A program made the position numbers and the translations under genes. A stretch of DNA of 64,000 bases. It comes from Dimorphilus gyrociliatus. Its lineage: Eukaryota > Animalia > Annelida. The notes beneath the pieces were generated by a model that was not told the DNA's origin, searched no databases, and saw only the letters and a program-made list of their open reading frames with translations. The DNA lies in assembly GCA_904063045.1 (NCBI GenBank), contig CAJFCJ010000001.1, forward strand, positions 1,736,001 through 1,800,000, given 5' to 3'. Every line of letters starts with the position of its first letter. Position 1 is the first letter of the stretch. Positions 29,104-43,689 of the stretch are shown in pieces.

Positions 29104-30177
29104 ATGTATTCCTTAGCTTTGCCTTCCAAACACGGCTATTCAATACAATTTTCACCCTATCTTCCCGACAGGATAGCATGTGCTGGATGCCAAAATTATG
29201 GGATTCTAGGTACAATGTGTTATTAACCACTAGAGAAACTCTGAATTTAACTAGGTCTTTTTAAACAGGTTCGGCAAATGTGTTTATTATAGATATTGCA
29301 GCGTCTAATTTAGTCATCAATAAAGTTTTTAACTGGAATAATGCTATATTTGATATCTGTTGGTCAGAATGTAACGAAAACCTTCTTATCGGTGCTGGTG
29401 GGGATGGATCATTATTAGTTTACGATGTAAAACAGAACACTGAAAATCCAGTAAGAGTTTTCAGAGAGCATGAAAAGGAAGTCTATTCGGTACATTGGAA
29501 CCAAACACGTCAACATCAAATGATTTTAACCGCATCATGGGATTTTAGTGTAAAAATGGTATTCACATATGTCATATCTTTTGACACTTAATGTAAAATA
29601 ATAATTGTTTATTTAGTGGGATGTTCTTAGTTCATCCGAATCTTCTATAGCCACTTTTCGACACTCTCAAGCAGTAATATATGACGCCCAGTGGTCCCCG
29701 TTTAACGCTCAACAATTCCTCTCTGTCACTGGTGCTGGTTCTGGTTTCATTTGGGATACGAGAAGCAATCAGGCACCAGCTGTTGCTTTAGCGAAACAAG
29801 AAACTGAAATTTTAAGCTGTGATTGGTGTAAATATGACGTAAATGTTGTAGTTACAGCTTCTACGGATGGAGTAATACGTGTATGGGATGTACGTTCCCC
29901 TAACCGATGTACTTGTGAACTCGTTGGTCATGAAATGGCTATTCGGCGAGTTAAATTTTCGCCCTTTTCACCTAACAAGATAATTTCTGCATCTTATGAT
30001 TTTACAGTAAAAACGTGGAACTTTCAACAGCAACCGTCTCCCTTAGAAACGTTTAAACATCATACCGAATTTGTTTATGGTCTAACTTGCAATTTACATA
30101 AACCAGGAATAGTCGCGGACTGTTCCTGGGACAGAACAATTAAAGTTTATCAATGTAATAGCATAATACAAAAATAA
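29104..30177 (+). CDS. PEX7: Peroxisomal PTS2 receptor
   Basis: [38 protein letters not shown], and WD40 repeats ending HHTEFVYGL...ADCSWD. Confidence 0.93.
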
Positions 30178-30183
30178 ATTTTA

Positions 30184-31424
30184 TTAATCCATTTTAAGAG
30201 GTTTTCGATTTTCTTTCAACTTTTGGTTATGCAAATTTTTTTCGTATACTTCTGACAATATTCTCTCGCTCTCCTCTTCATGAATAGAGTTTCTATACGT
30301 TTTCATTATATCATATTTCTCCCATGGTTCAGCTGTTTTTTCAGCTAACTTCTTTTCAACTTCTCTCAAATGTTCATCTAAGCCTTCTACTCCCTTCAAA
30401 TTTTGCCTGTGCCATTTTTGGTTCCATGGTCGTGGACCAATTTTTAACTGTTTAATGGAAATTAACATTTTATCAAAAATAATGTTAGACTTTTTTTAAA
30501 AATAAAAACTGACCACTATATCATTGACAGGGATAGGAGCTCCTGGTGGATGTTGAACAGGTTCCATATTAAAATTAAATGTCGAATATTTTGGATCGCA
30601 GTCTCGTAGGTAATATAATTCTTCGTCTAATCGTTTTTCTAGTTTTAAAACTTCAACTTTTTGAATGGTAGGATTATATAATTCGTATAAAATTTCCACT
30701 CCTATATTATCAACAACGTTCCTAAGAGTGAAACTTGTCCGAAGCCCATTACCATTTTTAGCAATGCAGATACCAACAAATCTATTGTACTTTCCTGGAG
30801 CATAAGGATCAGACACTGTAATAGCCAATATGCTTCCTAATATGAAAAAAAAACAGTTTAATCTTGGTACTAAGTGGATTGTTTTAATGTTCAGAAAATA
30901 CCTGGATAGAATTCTGGAATATTAAGGACAGCTCTCCTCCTTAACATATCTTTTCTCTCTAATTTTTCTGTAATTCGGTCTCGCTTTTTCCAATCAGCAT
31001 TCGGCAGAAAATCTGGATATTTTTTCCTATAGAAAAATTTGAGTTTTTGTTATAGATGGCATGAATTGTTAAAAAGAAAAACTTACTTGTAGTCCTTAGG
31101 TGCCTCAAAAGGGGGAAAGCTTTCCGTTTTCTCTCTGTCATGACTGAGCTCAGAGCGTCTATGTTTCTCTAAGGTTCCGTCGAAAAGAGTGTTTGAAAAC
31201 CTCTTTTGTACCCCGCAATAACCTACGTGCAATACAAGTTTTCAATATCGCTCACAATAAAAAGCATCTCAAGTAGCGACAGTGAACATTACATATTAAG
31301 ATATTCTTGTTATTAGTAAACAAACTAGTATTATACTTGCACAATAATATAAATTTTTTTAATGATACGTACATTCTAGATTTCGAATGTTGGAAGCGAT
31401 CAATGCTCTTCTAAATACCGACAT
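30184..31424 (-). CDS. MRPL19: Mitochondrial ribosomal protein L19
   Basis: Transit-like exon 1 MSVFRRALIASNIRNLE; ERKDMLRRRAVLNIPEFYPG; RFVGICI...FTLRNVVDNIGVEILYELYNP...RLDEELYYLRD. Confidence 0.92.
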
Positions 31425-31619
31425 AGTACATATCTGATAAAAGATACAGAATATTTCTCATTACCAGTTTGTACGAGAAAAAATTATAAGAGCATGCTCC
31501 TTTTTTAATCTCGAAAAATATCGTGAGACTTGGTTGTCAACGTAATCTGTTATTTTGAACCTCAAACAAATCCTGTACGAACCTTTTATAACATTTCCTA
31601 ACGTATTTTATAAACAAGA

Positions 31620-32238
<619 letters not shown>

Positions 32239-32568
32239 GGGGGATTGGAAGCAAATCAATTTGGATATAACCTAATATGAACATTTAATAGATGAAGAAT
32301 TATGTTTTTGTCGTATTTTAATTTCTTCCATTTTTTTCTTTAAAAAAAAAGAACATTGAATAAATTCATCATTATACTCACTTTTTTCATATATCATTGT
32401 AATGTCTTTTTTTATTGATGTAAGCCTATTAACACGTTAGTAGAATGTGACTTCGAAGCTATCTCTTTATTAGTTGCGCCCTCTATAGACGCATAGCAAC
32501 CGTCTTTATTGGAGCTTCGCTGTTTATAGTGATAGTCATTCGCAGTTTGTGACAATGTTAAAGGCTAT

Positions 32569-35364
32569 ATGGAAGTGCTAGAAGCCCCTAGGAATCGTTC
32601 AAATCCAACGAGATTGCCTCCTCTTAAATGCCATAGAGGGAGCAGGACCGCCATCAAAAGTGGCGGTTCAGTAACTTCTCAGTTACTAGATAAGTTGGAA
32701 GACTCTACAAAAGCGCGCGAAAAGCAGGTTTGTCATATATAACAATAATATTAATAATAACAATATGATTTCTCCTTTTCCTTTTCTTTCTATTCTTCTT
32801 TATTCAATTTTATTAAATATTACAATAAGATACATTCTTCTTTCAATAAAAAATATCATAAAAAGGCCTAATCATTACTAGAATACATAAAGGAGTGTTA
32901 AACTAATAAACTGTCATAATAGAATCTATTGAATAATCCAAAGGGTGCGATCCCTAGATATTTTCCTGACCCAAAAGAAAATAATTCGAATAAACGAGAA
33001 TAGGAGAAAGAGAAGAGAAATATAATAGAAAAAGGAAGATAAGTTTGTCTGTTGTATACGAGAGAGTATATTACATGTGTTTTTATTGTTTAATAAAACG
33101 TATGATAACGTTTAGATGAGCTAAAAAAAACTGCTGATAAGAACGTCATTTTTTATAAAATTTTAGCTTATATTGAGAATATTTTTGAGATGCAATTATT
33201 TAATCTATTTTTGCTATTATTCATGCTTTTATGATAGTAAGTTCAGTCACCTATTTATGAGATTTTTTTTATTACTTTTTCCTCCATTCATTCTCTTCCT
33301 CTCTCTCTCTCTTTCTTTCTCTTACCTCCTCTCCTCCCCTCTTCCACGTGAATAATAACAACCAGTATCCCCTGCCTCCTCTAACCCCTTCTTTTTCTTT
33401 CTCTCCCTTCCTCTTTCTATTTGTCTTTGTTACTCTCTCAATAACTTTATTAAAAAATAAAAGTGACGTTGTAAAAAATCGATAGTACTTTTTTCATTGG
33501 TTGTTTGTAAAGTTTGAACTATTATTGTTTGCCATATTTGATATATGGGAGCAGCCAGTTTTTGTTCAAGAACTTTACGTTGTTTTCTTATTCTTCTTTA
33601 ATTTATAAGTAATAAAACGCTTAAGAGTCTTTCTATAAATATGCATATATATATTAAACAAACAATCAAAGTCAGTCGAAACGTCACGTTCTCGTATCGA
33701 ACGACATTACTTCGATCGGTCCCTTATCTACGTAGTAAATAAACTTGAATATAAGGAAAATAAAGACATTATAAGATTGTTCAATTTTTGTTAGAGAAAT
33801 TAAGAAGGAATAACAAATGAATAACAATAAATATCAACAGAATAAAAGTGCCGAATATAGAAGAGATGATGAAGAAGTAGAAGCCTCGTTCAATCCTAAT
33901 CCATTACCGTTCAAAACTGAATCGTTCAAGTAAGCAATCATTTATTTTCAGACCTATATTGATTTAGGAGGAAAAAAGTCTAAAAAAAGCTCATTTACAA
34001 TCGATTAGATCTTCAACGGTTGTTAAACGGGTACCACTGATGAACCGAAATGAATACGCTCACTTCCTGTTTGCTCAGCCAGATCAAACTTATATGCCAA
34101 AAACTAGAGGCCTTTTCTTACGTACAGAGAGATATGAAGTAAGAAATATCGACTCTCCTTTAATCAACATCTTATTTATCGAAAAATCTTTAATGAATTG
34201 AATATTTCAGACTGAAGAAAAATGTAGCTTTCGCGAAACGAGTCCAACAAATCAAAGGGAGAGAATTCAAGCAGAAAGAGTCTACGGTGATCGAATGAAG
34301 GATTGGAGGAGAAGAAGAGAATTTATGACTCATCGAATACCTCATCATCTCCTATTAGGAGGGACAAAAGTTGCTATGAACGAGCGTATGGATATAACTG
34401 GAGAGATACGGCGCTTAAAACAAGTCACCTTACCAGATAGAGCAAAGGATTTATATGTCGGTCGAGGAATTAAATTACCACCGTAATATCTCACCGCTAT
34501 ATCGTATTCGTTTTATCAATACGTTTGTCTATAAATAACAGAACCCATGGAATAAATAAACCAAAAGTACTTCCCACACCCCCAAGCATGCTAAAGAAGG
34601 AAAAACGCGTTCACACACTTGTTCAACCTCCTCCAACTGCCTCTAACAAAACTGTATTTTCCGAAGTATTCCAGGTTAATCAAATTCATTAAATTAGCAT
34701 AAAATTCTCCAATATCTTATATAAATATATTTAATTATAGACGTATGCCGACCGTTTCGATCCAGAAAAAGTAGACATACTTTATTCTTCAATAAAAAAT
34801 GAAAGTGAAATAATTCAATTTCAACATTTCGAGCAATCGATCAAGTCAAATTTGACGAAATGTCAAATTGAATATCTCCAAAAATTCTTCCAAGAACTTA
34901 TATTTGCCAAAGAAGATAAAAATTCCGTTTTCTTTTTTTCCGCTCTTGCTGACTGCATTGCTGATTGGGCGGACGAAGATATAACTCAATCTTTTGATAA
35001 ATATCAATATGAAGACTTTGAACAAAATTTATATTCTCATGCAGTAAGAACAAGCCTATACTTATTTATCGATATATATATATATATGTGTGTGTTTTCC
35101 TGCAGCATTCATTCGTATCAATCGATCTCGAGAAAAAAGGGGTTGCCAACCTTGAGGCATTGATTAAGAATCTAAATTTAAAAGACTCTGATTGCAGACC
35201 TCTTCTTAATGTAAATACTTTCTTATTTTCTTTATAATTTTAAGATAACAGAGCTTGAAAATATTTAATAAACGATTTATTTTCAGAGATCAGAAAATGG
35301 CTCAGTTACATTAATAGAATGGTTTTCTTGCTTCCCGTTTTTAGATTTATTACAAAAAAAATAG
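32569..35364 (+). CDS. Uncharacterised 7-exon protein: basic/Pro-rich N-half, degenerate EF-hand-like helical C-half
   Basis: Phase-consistent exons built by hand: 32569-32728, about 33968-34140, 34211-34482, 34542-34674, 34741-35043, 35106-35210 and 35287-35364, all open. Promoter carries an RFX half-site (CATAGCAAC, 32492-32500). Confidence 0.65.
33276..33437. repeat. Polypyrimidine (CT-rich) low-complexity tract inside a long intron
   Basis: (CT)n and CTTT/CCT runs seen directly. Confidence 0.8.
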
Positions 35365-35650
35365 GAATCATGTTAAAAATACACACTGTATAATTATAAC
35401 GTACGTGTATTTTATACGAACTGTACAAAAAATCACAAACAGGTGTTGTTTTCAAATATTCATTCGGTTCGATAAAATAAATTTCAAAAGTAAGATACAT
35501 GCACAGTATGTCGTAGTTTATGATTAAAGAAACAAAATATTTAATACCTAATAGGAAAAAGCGACAAAAAGGTTCTGAATCTTTATCTTCGTTTGTATAT
35601 ATATATATATATATATATAAATAGGAGTGACAATGAAGCTTATTAACTTC

Positions 35651-38600
35651 TTAAGCAGATGCTATAATCTGATGCGAGTCAGAATTATTCTCCTGTTGAT
35701 GCGGTGGAGTAGCAGAAGTAGGTAAATTATGGGCCGGCTTTTGCTGACTACATGATTTTGCCACCGATTCAAATAATCTGAAAGAAGACACATTAGAATT
35801 AGAAAACTTAGTTTCACGAATAAATTCCAAATATTTATAATTACTTTTCAATTTCCGGAGCGCAATGAACAAATGAATGCTGCCAGAATTTAAAGCTGGG
35901 GTTCTTTATAAGTTCGATAAACGTTATTAACAATCCCCAAGGATGAGGCCTATTGACTATCAATCGTTCAAGGAGCACACGAGTAATCTGCTCTTGTATA
36001 GCTTCGGTATTTGCTTCAGCAAATAGATACAATAGAGCGCTCGAGAAGTAATGAGTATGCGAATTTGGGTAACGCAAATGATTGGCCATAGCATTGAGGA
36101 AAATGTATCGACCTTCCGTATCCAGAGCAACAGCTAAATTCTGAAAGATATCCATGTGAGCCGAGTGAGCAATAGCTGACATATTAGGGCTCAGATTTCG
36201 ACTGTATATATGATTGATGGCTTGTGATCCAACATACAGCACTAGTGCGTTCATCAAGCTGATATTGTAGCGTGTTCCAAGCTCAGGACAAGGTTGTTGC
36301 AAAGTGCTTCTCATTTCTGACAGGAAAGAAACTGGAGCTCGATTCAGCAGATAAGAGTCTAAATCTTTCTTAAAGGAGCTTGGTTGAATAGCTCCTGCAT
36401 AATTAATTTGGCACTTGGGCGCATGGTTAATTTCTTGGAGCATCTCAATTTTCAAATTTGGTGTAAAGGGATCCGGTAAACGCATATTTCGGGGAAATGC
36501 GGATAAAATAAGGTTTCTCATCTGAATGCAGTTTGGTGGAACAACATCACAAAATGCGTAATGGTAGTCACATAACAGTTCAGGAAAGTCGTGTAGCATG
36601 ATCAGTAATACTCTAAGTGCACCTCTATACAACAGCAAGGTTGATTTTTTGAGGTCAGCATTTCTTAGGAATGGAGCCATGTATCGAAACAGGTCAATGA
36701 GCAATTGAGCATACATTGGCCATCCTTGTTGATTTGGCGTTATTGCCAGCATTCTACCTATAAAGACACGGTGAGAAATCAGTTCTAACCAGGCAAATGC
36801 AAATCCAGGAGCTCGAGAAGGTCTCATTACGTGAAATACGTTAAAAAAAGCACAGAGAACTTGATAATTGATATTTTCTAAAATTCTTTCGGGGGAATTT
36901 AGTTCCATAAATAGCATTATGAAGATTCTATGATATGGTAATTGTTGAAAAGAAACATCACGTAATTCATGATCTTGCATCATAACGCCAGCGACAATAC
37001 CAAGAACCTTGTTAAGTAAATTAACTTTAGTAACCATATTTGCTTCATCCCCAGAATGTTTAACAAGTAAGGCTATGAGACGTACAAAGGCATCCAACCT
37101 TTGGAAACATTTAGTTTTCACACTGATTGGTAAGGGTTGATGTTGAGATCCGTGTTCAGACATCAATTTATATGTCATGTCAACACTCATTTCAGTGCAC
37201 AGACGGAAAAAACGAGTTATAAGATCATCCGTTTTAAGGATACCTTGCTGATGCATGTGCTGAACAAAGTTAGAAAATGCTTTGGTTGAATCTCTTCCAG
37301 CTGCTGGTTGGTGGTACATGTGAACCCATTCTCTTAACAAAGCATCAGCTTTTTCTCTCAGGCCTGGGGGATCATCAATTTCTCTTGCTTGCATAATACC
37401 CGAATGCATCATACTGTTTGGAGCTGTGCTTGAATTTCGTTCTATCATACTGCCTTCGTTTTGATATAGACGTATTTTTTCTACTAAAGCTCCTAAACCA
37501 TCAGTAAAAATGGGTGGCGTTGCTCCAACTTGTATAAGACGTTCTAAAGCCATATAAGTGTTAAATAGTTCAGATTCTGTCAAGAACGGGGTTGTTAATC
37601 CATGTTTCTCTTTTGGAAGGAGTAGATTTTCACAAAGAGTCATTGCTAATGGAAGCATATGCAAATGACCTTGATCATTAATCAAAAGACCTAGAGCTGT
37701 ATCATACTGTTGCATGTGAACGAGCTTTGCTTTTATTAATCTCTCCACAACCTCCACGCATCTTACGGTGTCATCACGCTTTTCTATGAGGCAACGAGTC
37801 ACTTGTTTAACCGTCCACTGTTGACTATGTGGATTTAAATCATATAGGGCTTGTAAAACCATCATGTGAATCTTTCTGAATTCCTCCAGTCTTGATAAAT
37901 CAACATTTTGAGCTTGTGTGCTATAACTCTCCAACAGCCCATCAACTGCCTGAGCAACGACACTACACGTAGCTGTATGACCATCACGATCTGCCATTGA
38001 CGCAGACACAAGTTTTTCTAACAATAGGTTTAAATGACTCTGTATATTAGGCTGCAAAATTACATTCATCAGTTGGTGAATTCCGGATTCCATCTTGGCA
38101 AGAAGACGCTTGAAGCCCGAGCATAATTCGTCTGTATTAATTCCCGAAAAGTTGGTTATCCTTAGCGGTGTGCTCTGCTGCATTTCAGATGAAACTGAAG
38201 GTGCTGATGGCATTCCAGTGGTGGAAAACCCTGGAATATATCTTCCGAATTCTTCGTATACGACGTTAAATTGAGAAGATCCTGTTTTGATTCTTATCTG
38301 TTCCGGCATCCTTTCGTGAAAATAGGCCAGCACATTCGTATCTTTGTGTAGACGACCCTCAGCTCTAGCTTGCTTTCGGATCTCATATTCTGAAGCTAAT
38401 CGTTTGTCAATTTCAACTAAAGCATCCTCAACTGCTGTTTTCTGGATGAAAGCTACACAAGCTTCAATAGCATCTTGACTTATCGTGTTGACTGCATATT
38501 CAATCATATCTTTCATTTGAGTTGTACTTATATATTGTGCACTAACAACAGGAAGCTTTTGAAGGACCGTGTTGATGGTTGTTTTCAGCTTATCCACTAA

Positions 38601-41600
38601 AGAGACTAAGAGGGGCTCTCTACAAGTTATTAGTGCCATTCCAGCTGTCATATTTCTGGTCATTTGCTGGGCAGCACTTCTCATTCTTGTTTCATCTCCC
38701 TCAAGAGCGAAGTCTTTTTTGATTATATGTTCTACTGTCATCAATGTAATTTTAATACTCCTTTCTACTCCAGGTTTGAGAAGTTCGTTAACTGCTGTTT
38801 GAATAAATGGTTTTATGACGTTTTTCACTTGTGGAAACTGAATTAGTAATGGTAAATTCTCATTAACGGTGATTAAGGGCATGACACCTGTATTCAGGTT
38901 AATGTCCATATATGAGAATTGTGGCGTACACGGCTGAGTAGTTTGAGTAACAACAGGTTGTTGAACTGGAGTGTGTACTTGTTGCATTGCCATCCCTGCA
39001 CTCACTGGGGTTTCTGGAGTAAGTGGTGGATGTTGAATCTGAGCGACAATTGCTGAGGCCATGTCCTTTGGAGGTGGTTGCAATTGGTGGACTTGAGGAG
39101 AAAGCTGGAATTCTAATTTAGCGTATCGCTCAGGATTTCTCAAGTAGCGTTTGGGTTTCAAATCACCTATGTCCACTCTAAGATTTTTACACAATACTTC
39201 GATCTCGAACTTCAAGTTAAGTTTCAAGTCCGGTTCGTGATGAAGTTCGGCGAGGGCATTAATCAACCCCATCGTCCACGGACAAGGAGGGGCAAATATT
39301 GAACTTTTTGCACAGGATTCTAATACTTTAGCGACGAAGGGAACAACATACAGCAATTCTTGGCTTCTTCGATGGTATGCCTCATAGAGTAAAGACTTCA
39401 AGTCAATATCCGAAGTTAAAATTGGTTTATTTTTACCAACTGATAGTAGACCTAGCCAGTGTCCAAGGTTCTTGAGAAGAGATCTATCTGAGAAGTTAGC
39501 TGCTCCTTTATCACTAGTTAAGAGTACTTTAATGTTCCTAAATGTTTCCTTTACAACCAAATCAAAGAAATTAGGCGCATTGTACTCTGATATTACTTTG
39601 TCATATAAGCTATGAAAATTCGGTTCTATAGAAGCCCTTTTCATCACAAGGTATTGTGCAACCCATGGCACATACTCTTCTGAAACGCACTCTCGTAATT
39701 CCTTCGATTTTTCTGACATATTTGCTTTTGACAGATTGTTAAATATAAAGCCAATTTTGTCTTGAACACTTTCAGGAGGAACTGTAAATTTATCTTGATT
39801 AGCAAGTAAAGTATCAATGTTGGTCGTGTTTGCTATTGACGGCTTTCCAACAACTTGTCCAGGAACAGGACGCTGAATTGTGACATGCTGTAAGCCAGGG
39901 GATGGTTGGACTGCTTGTGAAGTTGTTTGTGTCGGTGCTGCGGCAGCAGGTAAGGCTGGATGAGAGGCAACTGTTGACATTCGAGCGCTTGGTAAGATCG
40001 TTGATAGCGATGTTTCTAATGGCGCAGGGTTATGTGGTAACACAGAGCTAATAGCACCTGGTGTTGGTGGTGATTGCGATCTCATTCCACAGTCGATAAA
40101 TACCTTCAAGTTATCAGGAAGCGAAGAAAAATGCGGTAGTGCGGCTAAGTGATGACAGTATTGCGGATAGTCCTTTAGCCGAGTTTTGAATTTTTCTAGG
40201 GCTGTTATACCGAAATAATACATTTTTGCATTGTTTGGTTTTTTAAGAGCTTCGAGCACATAGCGTAAGGCCAATCCTAGGTTCATGTAAGTTACCAGTC
40301 CCTCCTTAATAATACCCCCAAATAATTGCGATGTTGTCTCAAGTTCTTTATCAGGATATTGATGAAAAAATCGATATTCGTCAAATAGGCTTCGAAGCAT
40401 ACATGAATAAACTGCTTTATCACGATGGTCACTCGAAACTTTAAATATCTTGAATTTATCTAATAAAGCTTGGACGCTTAAGACATCTTGGGGGGATTGG
40501 CTATACAACCTTTGAAAATAGGAATTGGCCTCTTCTTCCACGTCGTCTGAGTAAGGAGGATTAACGGGTAATTGTTGAGATGGTGTCGTTGTATTAGTGG
40601 TATTATGTTGAGGACCAGAAGTGGTGCCTTTAAGACCAACGACTGAAGTTACGGCAGAATCAAATGGCACGTGTTTCAAAACGTGAGAGCTAGGTTGCTG
40701 GAGAGATGGACTTATTAAATTGTTTTGAACAGGCGGCATCGCATGGGGCAACTTAGGCGAGGAGTGACCAGGTACTCCAGGAGAATACATTTTACTGAAG
40801 ACTCTATTAGCGTTTTGATAAATGGTTTCTACATTTTGCTTCGTTTCATTACTAATAGCATGCCTTTGTAAGCAAAATTCCTGCAGTATTTTGGTCATAT
40901 TCAAAACTTGCTCTACAGTCAATATTAGATTCTTCATTTTTGGTTCTTCATGAGGATTATGTAGCATTGGATATTTTTGTTTCAGAAAATTAACACACAT
41001 GTCTACCAATTGTCCCTCATGTTCAACTAATTTATCACTTAACCATTTCCCCATGTTGAGATACTCTCGGCGACTAGCTAAGCACGCTAAATCAATGACA
41101 AACATGGTTGGTTTAAGATTTAGCAGTACAGATAATGCTTTCAAATCTTGGGCTACATCTAATAGCCTTCCTAAAGTCTGATCTTGTTGTTCACCTCTGA
41201 TATAGTACTCCTGCATACTCATTATCAGCATTTCCTGAGCCTTTCCATTCACATTCCATGCATACTGTAAGATAGGTGTTGAGTTAGCATGATTGTTCAA
41301 AAAGTGTGGAAAGAGTTGTTTGATCAGATCGTGCTTCAATTTATTCCAGAATGGAACTTGCAACAGAGCCAAGATAAGAACTTCTGGACAATTTTGAGCC
41401 GGAAACTTAAAAAGCTCTTTGCTTTCTGGATAAAACTGTTCTGATATCCTTAGTAGAACTTCATGTATATCTAAGCATTTCCACACAGATACAATCTCCT
41501 CGTCTGGTTGAGTTTTCAATACATCCAATGCAACGCTTTTAACTGGATTGTCAAAGATTTTCAAGACCTTTGGGTATTTCACACATAAAGCAATTATTGA

Positions 41601-42939
41601 TAGCTGGCCTTCAGTATTTTCCCAAGGTCGAAAGAGCAGGTCAACAGGGAATGGAATACTCAAAGTAATCGCTTGAACAATTAGTTTGAGACCATCTACA
41701 GTAGAGACGTTGAAATAGGGATAATCTAGTTTGGCCACAACGTCTCGAAAGTTGATATGAGGAGATACTTCCTGGACAGTTCTTGCAAAGACAATTCCTT
41801 TCCAAGTATGAACTTCCGGTCCATCTGTGTAAGGACTTCCCCCAAGAGCATTCAAAGAAATACTATCGTCTGCTTTTAAGTTGCCCAGACTGTTGGCCAT
41901 CATTCCCAACACTCGAGCAACACTCTCAGCCGTTATGCTACGGCTATCAAATTGAGTTAAAGTTCTCTTGCATTCATCCACCGAAGATGTAAATACATAG
42001 CCAATCTCTCGTATGGCTTTTGCCAGAGTAGACTCTGTAAATGGTTCTGACATTTCTGTATGAGGCAAAGGTGCGTCAAGAGATATTTCTGAAGAATGAA
42101 TTGAATCAAGTAGAAAACTTGTGCGATTGTCTCCTATATTCTTTATGATAAACTCTTTCAGTACGTTAGAATCGTCCAGCAGTAAGACTTCTTGCAAGAT
42201 ACTGATATCAGCGTTTTTAATATCTTCTTCGGCTGTTTAACAATTTCATTATCTACGCAATTTTCACAATCCTTAGTTTACTCACCAGACACGCACTGGA
42301 TAAGGTTTGATAACTTTGCTTTTGCAAATGAAGAAGCGTTCTTCTTTGTTTCTGAATTAGACGAATGCAAAAGCGATAAGCTGAACGCGATCTCTTCAAT
42401 ACTATTCAGTTGTAGTTGCTTGGAGAGAGTCGTAAGCAGCTGCTGGGTGATAATTAATTCCTAAAAGAACAAATTTCCTAATAAATTGTATACCTTTTTA
42501 AAGTGATATACTCAACCTTATTACTAATTGGATTATCTAAAGCCGAGCAGAGAACAGAAGGCAAATTTGGTTTAACGAGTAGCGCGTGGATTTCTTGAAC
42601 TAACAGCTGAATCTGTCAGGAATAACTGATTACGAAATTGTACAGTTGTATTTCGAAACTCATTACCTGGTGGTTATCCTTACCACCATTCTTCGCGTCA
42701 AAAGACAAGTCAATATAAGCAAAGAGGCACCGAAACAAGTGAGTATAGGCTTCGTTACCGTGACTCGCTATTAGCTGGAAGGAAAAATCAGAATGATAAA
42801 TTTTAGATTTTAGGTTTTAGCTAGAGCTTGTACTCACATTATTAATCTCACTGACGCTATGCTTATAATTTTTTTTATTCAAATTCGCAACAGCGTAAGT
42901 GATTTGCGAAAGAGCGAACGACAGCGGGTCAAGATTCAT
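35651..42939 (-). CDS. CNOT1: CCR4-NOT complex subunit 1
   Basis: MNLDPLSFALSQITYAVANLNKKNY start; several small 5' exons; a 6388-bp exon 42232-35845 ending RPHPWGLLITFIELIKNP...CAPEIEK; last exon to 35651. Confidence 0.97.
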
Positions 42940-43689
42940 AATAATTCGTCCGCAACGTCGAAAGCTCCTATTGCTTCTGAAGCTTCCGTCAAACAGTTCA
43001 TAATACGACACGAATTTTGTAGTTGTACTTTCAGTAAATCATAATGAGGCGAAAACATGGAGAGTTGACTCGCTAAATCTATGGCGTCGAGAAAGTAGCA
43101 GCCATTTTGATTTCCGGTTAAAAGAGTGTATGTATGGTTTCAGTTCAAAAGCCAAAAGTCTCCCTATATATATTTAATTTTTTGTAAGGATTAGGATACC
43201 ATATTAAATTTTTCGTCAGATTTAAGTATTTTCTTTTGCAATTTTAAAACTTTAGTTTCTAAAATTATCACCATAGCTCAATTGTAATATTTTAAACAAA
43301 ACAGAAAGATATAATATCTTTTGAAGCTTTTAAAAATATATATTTGCAACAGCGACCTCTATTTCCCGCAATCCTTAAAAAGTTCTCTGTCTGAATTCCA
43401 CCTGTATCTTTGTTGCATGAACGCCATCTATCGATAATCACTAATTTCAGGTGTGTTGTTTAAATTCAGTTTTTGAGTATTATTTTTCATCGATCTAATG
43501 TAAATATAATTACATATAACAGCAAATGTGATTTACCAAAGGTGTAATAAGCCGAAATTGACCAAGTTCAGACTTTTTGACGCAGAACATTTCGATCAGG
43601 TAAAACCTAAAACTCTTCTTTATTTGGATCATACCTAATATATCATAAACAAAACTTTCAGCAATTTGTAATCGGCTCATTTCGCAAAG

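Noticed and set aside
32598-32608. B-box-like GTTCAAATCC suggesting a tRNA or SINE
   Set aside because: No A-box or cloverleaf, and it lies within an open coding exon.
42192-42464. Apparent frameshift at the CNOT1 5' end
   Set aside because: Resolved by a canonical 53-nt GT-AG intron at 42285-42233.
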